From positions 1 to 31,852 of the IMG/VR virus record IMGVR_UViG_3300031949_000128: a DNA stretch of 31,852 nucleotides, one strand, 5' to 3'. A program made the position numbers and the translations under genes. The notes beneath the pieces were generated by a model, which saw nothing but the letters and a program-made list of their open reading frames with translations, was not told where the DNA came from and searched no databases. This document shows positions 24,269 through 31,191 of this stretch, in pieces. Each line of letters opens with the position of its first letter. The stretch's first letter is position 1. The stretch is from a virus. Its lineage: Duplodnaviria; Caudoviricetes.

Positions 24269-24831
24269 TACACGTTCGGGATGTGGCCCTTGCGGGGGCC
24301 GTGCCCGATGGGGGTGTTGCGGGCGGCGTAGACCGACCAGCCCGCCTTGGCCCGCTGCCCTACGAGCCGCACATCTTGGCCTCGCTCGGTTCGATTGTAC
24401 GCTCTCTTACTGGCCCTGACCTTGTCCGGATACACCGCGCGGTATTGAGCCATGTATGCGCGCATATACGGCCGGCTGTCCCATTCTCTGGGGCGTCTGC
24501 CGTCACTGCGGGAATACGACAGGGCGGGAACCTTCATCAGGCTGCCCTTCGCATATTTCCATCCTTGCTCACGGCAGCCGAGGCAAATAGGCCACTTAGC
24601 GCGGGAGACACCTCCATTGTTCCGAATCATTTCCACCAAGAACCACTGGAGACAACGCCCACATCGGGCCTCCGGCTTCCTCCAATCAATCGGGCGCAGC
24701 TTTAGATAGCGATTTGTTCTTCGGAGCTTGCTGGCGCATTTGCGGCATCGCGGGCTTCGGCGCGTGTATGAAGGATAGGAAGAGTAAGCGCGAGGCTTCC
24801 CGCAGTCGGGGCAGCGGGCAGGCGGCTTCAC
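24268..24831 (-). CDS. Basic zinc-finger protein with four CxxC pairs (187 aa)
   Basis: GTGA overlap start. CPDC, CRKC, CGRC, CLGC and a YMRAYMAQYRA helix. No nuclease motif. Confidence 0.7.
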   Translation of the reverse strand: MKPPARCPDCGKPRAYSSYPSYTRRSPRCRKCASKLRRTNRYLKLRPIDWRKPEARCGRCLQWFLVEMIRNNGGVSRAKWPICLGCREQGWKYAKGSLMKVPALSYSRSDGRRPREWDSRPYMRAYMAQYRAVYPDKVRASKRAYNRTERGQDVRLVGQRAKAGWSVYAARNTPIGHGPRKGHIPNV

Positions 24832-25889
24832 TCCGGCATCTGCCTCCACTCCCTGCCGTCCAGCAGCCGCCCGCCGCTCGTGGGGTGCGGGCCGCCCCAC
24901 TGCTTGAAGAAAAAGGGGATGCCCGCCGCGACGCACTGGTCCCGCAGGCTCCGCACCCGCTCCAGCGCCTGTGGCTTCGGGCACCAGTGACCCGCCCAAA
25001 GCTCGGACAACTCTTCGCCAAGGCGCTCCGCCAAGGCGAGCAGTTTCATGGCCGTGCTCGCAGGAGGCCCGTCCGGCCAATGATGATGTGCTTGATCGTT
25101 GCGACCCTCTTCGCATTCCATCCGATGACGGTCGCAGCAGTGCCAGCAGCGCTCGACCAGCTTCCGTTCGGCGCGGCCCGGCCCGCTCTCTCCGCCCACG
25201 ATCACCCACGAGATGCGGGCTCCGGCTTGGCAGTCGCACCGCCGCCCATCCTCGTAGACGAACAGACACCCGCGCTCTCGGTGATGAAATTCCTTGGGAT
25301 GACCACACGGGTCTCGGAGCCACTTCCGCAAGTCCAGCGGCCCCAGCAGCGGCTCGCAGGACAGAAAGCGCACGGCGGCGGGTGTGTCCAGCAGCACCGG
25401 GATGCGCTCGTCCGCCCAGTGCTGGTTCTCCACCGAGACGCCCAGATGGACGTTGGGCAGGGGCCATGTGCCGCCGCCCGCGACTCGCTCTCGGAAGTGT
25501 GAATTCGTCAGAATAGCCCGCATTCGTTCGGGGCGCTTCGTGAGCACCTGAAACGTGTGGCGCCGGGCGGACAGCATCGTCCCGAACACGCGGTCGATGA
25601 AGACGTCCGGCACGTCCTCGTGGAACAGATCGCTCATGCTGTCCACGAAGACGAGCCTCGGCTTCTTCCAACGCAGCGGCAAGTCCAGCAGGTCGGGGTG
25701 AACCGTCAGCCCGAAGCCGGGGCCACTAGCTGGCCCGCCGTCCTTCTGGTAGCGCGGATTCCCCGCCGCCTTGAGCCGCTTCGCCATCGCCAGGGCATAG
25801 CAATTGGCACAGCCGGGACTCACGCGGTCGCAGCCCGTGGTTGGATTCCAGGTCGCTTCCGTCCAGGAGATTGCGCTCTGCTCGCTCAC
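24828..25889 (-). CDS. Phage gp37/gp68 family protein (DUF5131, three-Cys motif)
   Basis: ISWTEATWNPTTGCDRVSPGCANCYA, FVDSMSDLFH, FQVLTKRPER, FLSCEPLLG, WVIVGGESG and PFFFKQWGG. Confidence 0.95.
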   Translation of the reverse strand: MSEQSAISWTEATWNPTTGCDRVSPGCANCYALAMAKRLKAAGNPRYQKDGGPASGPGFGLTVHPDLLDLPLRWKKPRLVFVDSMSDLFHEDVPDVFIDRVFGTMLSARRHTFQVLTKRPERMRAILTNSHFRERVAGGGTWPLPNVHLGVSVENQHWADERIPVLLDTPAAVRFLSCEPLLGPLDLRKWLRDPCGHPKEFHHRERGCLFVYEDGRRCDCQAGARISWVIVGGESGPGRAERKLVERCWHCCDRHRMECEEGRNDQAHHHWPDGPPASTAMKLLALAERLGEELSELWAGHWCPKPQALERVRSLRDQCVAAGIPFFFKQWGGPHPTSGGRLLDGREWRQMPE

Positions 25890-26314
25890 GGCGTCGCCCC
25901 CAGCGCCACGTCCATCGGTAGTGGCTCCGGCCTCGCGGCGACCGCCTGCGCACCCACGACCTCCACCAGCTCGAAGCGCACGACCCACATCTGCTGCGGG
26001 TACACGTGCCACGCCCGCCAAAGCACCTTCGGGCGCATCCCGTCCACCTTCGCCCCCACGCTCTCCAGATAGGCGAAGCCCTCCGCTTCCCAGTCGCTCG
26101 CAGGCGCCTCAGCCGTGCTCTGCCGGTAGGGCGCCTGCGTTAGCCGGATCGTCGCGACCTGGCGGCCCCGGTAGCGCGGCTGGCGGTCGTAGGCGGCGAC
26201 GAGCTGGCCTGCCCGGAACCGCGCGGCGTACTCCGGTTCCCAGTTGCGGCGCGTGACCGTCTTCACGCCGGCAAGCAGCGCGGGCGTAGTCCAGGCGAAC
26301 GATATCGTCATCAT
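25886..26314 (-). CDS. ASCH domain protein (142 aa)
   Basis: ISF....LLAGVKTVTRR (GxKxxTxR), AEGF and WVVRFEL motifs. Confidence 0.85.
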   Translation of the reverse strand: MMTISFAWTTPALLAGVKTVTRRNWEPEYAARFRAGQLVAAYDRQPRYRGRQVATIRLTQAPYRQSTAEAPASDWEAEGFAYLESVGAKVDGMRPKVLWRAWHVYPQQMWVVRFELVEVVGAQAVAARPEPLPMDVALGATP

Positions 26315-26469
26315 CGCTTCACCACCACCGCCGGGTCCGGCTCCAGCGCCGCCCAGTAGGCCAACGCCACCGGCGCCAGGCGGTTCGCCAGCGACACGTC
26401 CGCCAGCCCGTGGCGCCCCAGGTGCCGCCAGATCTCGAAGGCTGCGACTGCGCGGCTCAGATCGTCCAT
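26311..26469 (-). CDS. Small hypothetical protein (52 aa, not in the ORF track)
   Basis: TAATG overlap start and ATGA overlap end. MDDLSRAVAAFEIWRHLGRHG...VVVKR fills the gap exactly. Confidence 0.7.
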   Translation of the reverse strand: MDDLSRAVAAFEIWRHLGRHGLADVSLANRLAPVALAYWAALEPDPAVVVKR

Positions 26470-27086
26470 TAGAAGGCCTCCAGCCGTTCACGAATCGCCG
26501 CCATGACAGCCTCGGCCTGCCCGAATGCTTCACTGAAAGTCCCTTCCGTGCGTTCGCCCAGCGCCTCCTCGCTCATGACCTCTAGCGCCTGCAGGGCTTG
26601 CCGTAAGAGAAGGGGCGGGCCTTTATCGACCCTGCCGGGACCGAGGAACATGCCTTCCTTCAGCTCCGCCAAGGGGGGCAACACAAACCCTGTCTCAATC
26701 TCCGCGCGAACCCAAGCCTGCTGCACTGGCAACTCCTCGTTCTGACGCCAAGGCTCTTCGATGGCGAGATCGACCAACCGCTCCCGTATGGCCCGCAGGA
26801 CCCAGCGAGCACCCTCGTAGCACCTCCAGGTAGCCTGGAGATTGTCCAGGTGGATGACTTCGTATCCCAAGCCCCGCAGGAAAACGTCGCGCCTCCTGTC
26901 CGCATCGAGTTTCGTGGCGTGCGAGCGCCCATCGACTTCCACAACCAACCTCACTTCGGGGATGAGGAAATCGACTCGGAACTTTCCAACCGGAATCTGT
27001 GGCAGCACCCTGAAGTGCTCGGAGAGGAGGCTATCCAGCCAATAGTGAGCCCACTCCTCAGGCTTCGTCTCACAGACATCGCACAT
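26469..27086 (-). CDS. DUF559 / Vsr-like PD-(D/E)xK endonuclease
   Basis: QIPVGKFRVDF...LVVEVDGRSH...DRRRDVFLRGLGYEVIH. Confidence 0.88.
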   Translation of the reverse strand: MCDVCETKPEEWAHYWLDSLLSEHFRVLPQIPVGKFRVDFLIPEVRLVVEVDGRSHATKLDADRRRDVFLRGLGYEVIHLDNLQATWRCYEGARWVLRAIRERLVDLAIEEPWRQNEELPVQQAWVRAEIETGFVLPPLAELKEGMFLGPGRVDKGPPLLLRQALQALEVMSEEALGERTEGTFSEAFGQAEAVMAAIRERLEAF

Positions 27087-27451
27087 CAGACCTTCCTCCG
27101 AAGCCGTGTCCGAACCTGAACCCGCAACAGACCGGCCGGGTTTGTGAGCCCCGGCGTCGGCTGCCAGCGACCCCCTTCCCAGATCAGCACGTCGTCATGC
27201 AGCGCTTCGAGCACGAGCTTCGCGCCGACCTCAGCGACGAAGGCGTCCGCCCCGTTGAAGCGCAGGTGATTTCGCAGCCAGCGCGCCACACGTTTTTCGG
27301 AAGACGTAGGCTTGTGGTGTTGATGTTGATCTAACTCCAGTCTGGGATGTAGTTCACCAACAACAACACCATCACCAACACCACCCCCCGCCGACGGGCG
27401 CGCGCGCGAGGGGAACGGTGTGATCTTCGGTTTTCGCAGGGCTTGGCCCAT
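27086..27451 (-). CDS. Hypothetical protein resembling the C-terminal part of a phage replication initiator
   Basis: GGAGG SD. Low-complexity RAR/GVGDGVVVG/QHQHH stretch, then a helical domain ending NPAGLLR. Confidence 0.5.
   Translation of the reverse strand: MGQALRKPKITPFPSRARPSAGGGVGDGVVVGELHPRLELDQHQHHKPTSSEKRVARWLRNHLRFNGADAFVAEVGAKLVLEALHDDVLIWEGGRWQPTPGLTNPAGLLRVQVRTRLRRKV
27314..27408. repeat. Imperfect inverted GTT/CAA-rich repeats and a (GC)n tract, origin-like
   Basis: GGTGTTGATGTTG (27316-27328) versus CAACAACAACACC (27358-27370), 12/13 complementary. GCGCGCGCGCG nearby. Confidence 0.45.
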
Positions 27452-27470
27452 GAGCGGCCTCCTGTCTGGC

Positions 27471-27567
27471 GGCGCAGGGGTCAGTTCCCCCGCGCCGATG
27501 TTTCTCGGCTGTGTTCGCTATCTGCGATTACGTCTTCGGTTGGCCGCCGGCGAGCTCGTCCGGCGGC
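27471..27567 (-). promoter_or_regulatory. Structured intergenic leader with four hairpins
   Basis: Stems at 27543-27567, 27515-27527, 27494-27509 and 27471-27496, just upstream of the SD. Confidence 0.45.
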
Positions 27568-27582
27568 GGGCAGGGGTTCAGG

Positions 27583-28467
27583 TCAGGCGGTCTGCGATGC
27601 GGGCGCCTCCTCGATGCGGTTGCCTTCGCGGTCGACTTCATAGAGTGCCCGGCAGCGCCGTGCCTTGATCTTGTCGGGATAGTCGGGCCGGGCGTGGACC
27701 ACGATATCCGCCACGGCGACCTCGCAGGCGACGTAGCGATCGCCCTCGTTCTCGCGGAAGAGGTCGCAGGCCGCTGGCTCACCGCAGAAATGCAGCCCGC
27801 CACCGCACTCATGGTTGCCGCCGTCCCAATCGGATGCCTCAACGTCCGTGCCAGGCACGTAGCGGACGCCGTGCTGCGTCTCGAACTCCGGGCCCGTTCG
27901 CTTGTAGAGGATCGCCTTACCGCGGCTAACCTTCGCACCGACGGCCTTCAGCCAGGCCTTCGGGTCGGTGCTCTGCTCGAACGCCTGAACGACCAGCAGG
28001 CCGCTGACCTTCGCGTTCGGCGAGCGGCGGATGGCTACTGCGAGGGGACCTTTGGCCACGACGTGGGCGCTCCCCCGGGCCTCGACGTGGGCGCTCCCCC
28101 AGGCCTCGACGTGGGCGCTCTCCCAGGCCTCGACGTGGGCGCTCCCCCAGGCCTCGACGTGGGCGCTCCCCCGGGCCACGACGTGGGCGCTCTCCCAGGC
28201 CTCGACGTGGGCGCTCTCCCAGGCCTCGACGTGGGCGCTCTCCCAGGCCTCGACGTGGGCGCTCCCCCGGGCCACGACGTGGGCGCTCTCCCGGGCCACG
28301 ACGTGGGCGCTCCCCCGGGCCACGACGTGGGCGCTCCCCCGGGCCACGACGTGGGCGCTCCCCCGGGCCACGACGTGGGCGCTCTCCCAGGCCACCTCAA
28401 AGTCCGTGGTGGTCAGGCAGACGTAGCAAAAGAGCTTCTCGATATCGGGCTTCGGTTCTTTCGTCAT
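27583..28467 (-). CDS. Octapeptide-repeat (beta-solenoid-like) protein with a C-terminal CGGGLHF domain
   Basis: 14 x A(W/R)(E/G)SAHV(V/E), then YKRT..Y.PG..CGGGLHFC..KIKARRC. Confidence 0.85.
   Translation of the reverse strand: MTKEPKPDIEKLFCYVCLTTTDFEVAWESAHVVARGSAHVVARGSAHVVARGSAHVVARESAHVVARGSAHVEAWESAHVEAWESAHVEAWESAHVVARGSAHVEAWGSAHVEAWESAHVEAWGSAHVEARGSAHVVAKGPLAVAIRRSPNAKVSGLLVVQAFEQSTDPKAWLKAVGAKVSRGKAILYKRTGPEFETQHGVRYVPGTDVEASDWDGGNHECGGGLHFCGEPAACDLFRENEGDRYVACEVAVADIVVHARPDYPDKIKARRCRALYEVDREGNRIEEAPASQTA
28057..28392 (-). repeat. Tandem repeat, 14 x 24 bp
   Basis: Unit GCC YGG GRG AGC GCC CAC GTC GWG, variable at only three positions. Confidence 0.97.
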
Positions 28468-28649
28468 GTCGTACTTCCCGTCATCTGCGACAAGGCCCGA
28501 AGTCGCCCCGTCTGCCGGTTGTGCCAGGCTCCATAGACCGCCGCCACACTGCGTCCCGGCAAGGAGGCTGCGATCTCACGCCAAGTGTGGCCCTCCTCGC
28601 GCAGCCGCCAAAGGGTCAGCAGCTCCGCGCGGGCCCAGCGCCTGAGCAT
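28464..28649 (-). CDS. Small HTH/Myb-like DNA-binding protein
   Basis: RRWARAELLTL..LREEGHTWREIAASLPGRSVAAV. Confidence 0.7.
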   Translation of the reverse strand: MLRRWARAELLTLWRLREEGHTWREIAASLPGRSVAAVYGAWHNRQTGRLRALSQMTGSTT

Positions 28650-29244
28650 TCATGCCATGCTTCGAGCGTTCGCCCGGCGGGATGAAGCCCGCCAGGTCGC
28701 TCTCCCGTATCCACCAGTTGCCCCACCTCTGCGCGGGCAGTAGACCCTTGCCGATCCAGGTGTTGACGGTGGAGTGATGCACAGACAGGAGACGACCGAC
28801 CTCCCCCGAACATAGGTAGCGGACTGTCCTCATATCGAGCGCCCAGGCCCGCAGACTCGGCTCCGTGATGAGCCCTGGCCTCCATACGTGCCAGTGGGCG
28901 GGGTTCTCAAGGAAGGTCAGGAGCTGCTCCCGGCTGACGTAGCGCTCGAAGTGGCGGCCTATTCTGGCTCCCCGCCTTGAACGCAGCCATCCACGCTTTA
29001 TCCAACAGGCCACCGTCTTCTGGCAGGACACCCCCATGAGCCGAGAGATACCCCGCTGCGTGCTTATCAGCTTTCGGCGGCAGGGGATGCCATGACGCTT
29101 GCGGGCGAGGCAGACAGCGTTGACGGTCTTACCGAGGCGCACCGCGATAGCATCATCGGTCAAGCCTCTCGCCAGCAGTTCCTCCAATGCGAGTAGCCGA
29201 TCCGGTGTCCAGTTGGTCCGCCGAAGCCACTGCCCTTTAGGCAT
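28576..29244 (-). CDS. Multi-HTH DNA-binding protein (N-terminal HTH plus two excisionase/MerR-like HTHs)
   Basis: WTPDRL..GLTDDAIAVRLGKTVNAV; LMGVSCQKTVACWIKRGWL; YLCSGEVGRLLSVHHSTVNTWIGKGLLPA..WWIRESDL. Confidence 0.8.
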   Translation of the reverse strand: MPKGQWLRRTNWTPDRLLALEELLARGLTDDAIAVRLGKTVNAVCLARKRHGIPCRRKLISTQRGISRLMGVSCQKTVACWIKRGWLRSRRGARIGRHFERYVSREQLLTFLENPAHWHVWRPGLITEPSLRAWALDMRTVRYLCSGEVGRLLSVHHSTVNTWIGKGLLPAQRWGNWWIRESDLAGFIPPGERSKHGMNAQALGPRGAADPLAAARGGPHLA

Positions 29245-29410
29245 CCAGTTCCTCAGCGGGGTCCGGCTCTAAGCTGATTGTCTCGATGGCTCGCCCTTCC
29301 TTGGCCCATCGCGCCACGTCCTGCGCGGCATCCTTGTCGGCGACGGCGGCAGCGACAATTCGCCCGCATGTGTGGCGCGTAGCATAGATGGCTGGGTCGT
29401 TTGCGCTCAT
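29237..29410 (-). CDS. Small hypothetical protein (57 aa)
   Basis: TGATG overlap start, MSANDPAIYATRHTCGRIVAAAV. Confidence 0.65.
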   Translation of the reverse strand: MSANDPAIYATRHTCGRIVAAAVADKDAAQDVARWAKEGRAIETISLEPDPAEELDA

Positions 29411-30048
29411 CACGGCTGACAACTCCACGGTCGCCAGCCGCTTTCGCGCCACAACTCCCACGCCCAATCCGTGTTCACCTCCGGATCGCTCCAGCGCTCC
29501 CAGAAGCCGGCGAAACGATAGGCGTGGATGCTCGATATCTGGAACAGGCCAAAAGACTCACCCGTCCACGAGACGGCGTCGGGCCGCAGCGTGCTCTCGC
29601 AGCGGGCGACGGCCAACGCCTCCGCGCAGGGCCAAGGCAGGGAGCAGATCGCATCCGCTACCGCACCCGCCGCGTCCGGGGGTACGTCAGGCCGTAGTAG
29701 TTCTGCCACGTCTCGAAGCGGGCCATCTGCTCCAGCGTTGGCGGCTCCAGGCGCAGCTCCATCAGCCGCGCCTCCACCTTCGCCCGGTGCCCGTTCGCGG
29801 CCATCCGCGTCAAGAGCCAGACGAAGCCAGCTATCGCCACCAGCCCGAGCACGAACGCCGCCTCCGGGGTCCGGCCCTGCGCGCCGTAGAACGCTATCCG
29901 GTCTGCCCAGTAGCCCAGCCACGCGATGCTCACGAGCAGGGCTTGGAGTATGAACGCTGTCACGATCCCACGCATGTTCGTCTCCTCTGATCCCGCCGAG
30001 CCCCGCCAGTAGCAGCGCCACCGCGAGCCCGACAAGGACGCTTCTCAG
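29410..30048 (-). CDS. Membrane-anchored or secreted lytic transglycosylase (SLT/lysozyme-like, about 212 aa), probable CTG start
   Basis: C-terminal AVARCES..PDA..SFGLFQI..DPEVN..A..GWRPWSC. In-frame hydrophobic N-terminus (M)RSVLVGLAVALLLAGLGG begins at a CTG overlapping the upstream TGA. Confidence 0.75.
   Translation of the reverse strand: MRSVLVGLAVALLLAGLGGIRGDEHAWDRDSVHTPSPAREHRVAGLLGRPDSVLRRAGPDPGGGVRARAGGDSWLRLALDADGRERAPGEGGGAADGAAPGAANAGADGPLRDVAELLRPDVPPDAAGAVADAICSLPWPCAEALAVARCESTLRPDAVSWTGESFGLFQISSIHAYRFAGFWERWSDPEVNTDWAWELWRESGWRPWSCQP
29658..29975 (-). CDS. Two-TM membrane protein nested in the transglycosylase gene (105 aa)
   Basis: SD AGAGGAG before ATG 29975. Mostly G/C-ending codons. 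Two hydrophobic helices. Confidence 0.7.
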   Translation of the reverse strand: MRGIVTAFILQALLVSIAWLGYWADRIAFYGAQGRTPEAAFVLGLVAIAGFVWLLTRMAANGHRAKVEARLMELRLEPPTLEQMARFETWQNYYGLTYPRTRRVR

Positions 30049-30359
30049 ACGCGATCCCCGCCGCTAGGCTCCGCCGCCGCAGCCTTCCCGTTCCGCCCCA
30101 GGTGGTGAAGGACCGTCGAATGGTCCATGACGAACAGCTTGCCGATCGCTGTGAGCGGCAGGTTCGTCTCCTCCCGAATGCGCCGGATGGCGCACGAGCG
30201 GGCGTCCACCAGGTGACGCTGCCGCCCCTTGCCGAAGATGTCCTGGGCGGGAATACGGTGCTCGCGGGCGACCTCTTCCACGATGTGCACCGCCTGCGTC
30301 TCCGGGCTGGACATCGCGCCGCAGAACCGGCACGCTCCCTGTAGCGCCTGCTGCGTCAT
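30045..30359 (-). CDS. DnaA C-terminal (domain IV) HTH-only protein with N-terminal CxxC
   Basis: IVEEVAREHRI..DIFGKGRQRHLVDARS.A...LPLTAIGKLF.MDHSTVLH resembles the DnaA domain IV signature. Confidence 0.85.
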   Translation of the reverse strand: MTQQALQGACRFCGAMSSPETQAVHIVEEVAREHRIPAQDIFGKGRQRHLVDARSCAIRRIREETNLPLTAIGKLFVMDHSTVLHHLGRNGKAAAAEPSGGDRV

Positions 30360-30988
30360 CGGACGGTCGCGTTCGCCAGCGCCTTCACGCGGAAGTCATC
30401 GTCGGCGAAGCTGGGCATCAGCCCGCCGTAGAACGTCCCCAGCGGCGTCGAAAACGGTATGGCGCTATGGCCCGTTGGGTCAGCGAACTCTAGGTGGACG
30501 AGCACTTCGCCGTCCCGCTCGACGGCGCGGCCCAAGTCCGAGATCATCAAGGCACTGACCGTGACGCGGACGGCTCCCTCCTCACCCCTCGGCTTCATGC
30601 CGTCGAAGTCAGGGAAGTCGATCTCCTCTCGCGCGACGTAGACGGAGTGATAGTCCGTTCGAAGGCGGCAGGTCTTCGCCCGAACCGACACGGTTACGGC
30701 CAAGTGCTTCAACTTCTTCTGTGAGATGCCCTCCAGGCAGGCCACAAGAGCGCTGACGGGCAGCACCAGCTCGTCCGGCGGCCCCTTCGGCTTCACAAGG
30801 TACTGCACCTCCTGACAGGCCCAGCGCATGCCGTCCGTGGCGTAACCGCGGAGCATGTCGACGTCCGTGCGCAGGCAGAGAGAGTGGAACATCGGCATCG
30901 CCGAGTCGGGGTCGACGATGGGCTTGAGGCGCTTGACCAGGACCGAGAGGTCGTAGGCGCCGACTTCGAAACGGTAGGTACGCATCAT
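30356..30988 (-). CDS. DNA polymerase III beta sliding clamp-like protein (about two domains, 210 aa)
   Basis: YATDGMRWA, IDFPDF and terminal GLMP motifs resemble DnaN domains. Confidence 0.7.
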   Translation of the reverse strand: MMRTYRFEVGAYDLSVLVKRLKPIVDPDSAMPMFHSLCLRTDVDMLRGYATDGMRWACQEVQYLVKPKGPPDELVLPVSALVACLEGISQKKLKHLAVTVSVRAKTCRLRTDYHSVYVAREEIDFPDFDGMKPRGEEGAVRVTVSALMISDLGRAVERDGEVLVHLEFADPTGHSAIPFSTPLGTFYGGLMPSFADDDFRVKALANATVR

Positions 30989-31191
30989 GCCACCCTCTTG
31001 AGCCGCGTCCAGTTACGGCGGTTCGTCTCCAACTGCCGGATGAAGCGCTCGCGCTTCCGGTCGCACGGGGCGCAGGCGTAGACGCTGCCGCCCGTCTGCT
31101 CCGGGCGCGGATCGCCGTCCGCGCAGTCGGGCCGGAACGGGCGCAGCGAGTCCTCGTGGTGGCGGCGTCCGCAGAACGAGCAGCGGTTCAT
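30985..31191 (-). CDS. Small zinc-finger protein (68 aa)
   Basis: CSFC...CAPC. ATGA overlaps at both ends. Confidence 0.7.
   Translation of the reverse strand: MNRCSFCGRRHHEDSLRPFRPDCADGDPRPEQTGGSVYACAPCDRKRERFIRQLETNRRNWTRLKRVA

Noticed and set aside
28057-28392. 24-bp array as a CRISPR array or DGR variable region
   Set aside because: Units are contiguous with no unique spacers and lie in frame in a CDS. There are no cas genes, no reverse transcriptase and no template/variable repeat pair in the window, and variation is not adenine-only on one strand.
27511-28536. 341-aa plus-strand ORF with DVGAPPG repeats, and other frames through the array
   Set aside because: Stop-free only because the 24-bp unit lacks stops. 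The minus-strand frame has the conserved-looking domain and start/stop coupling.
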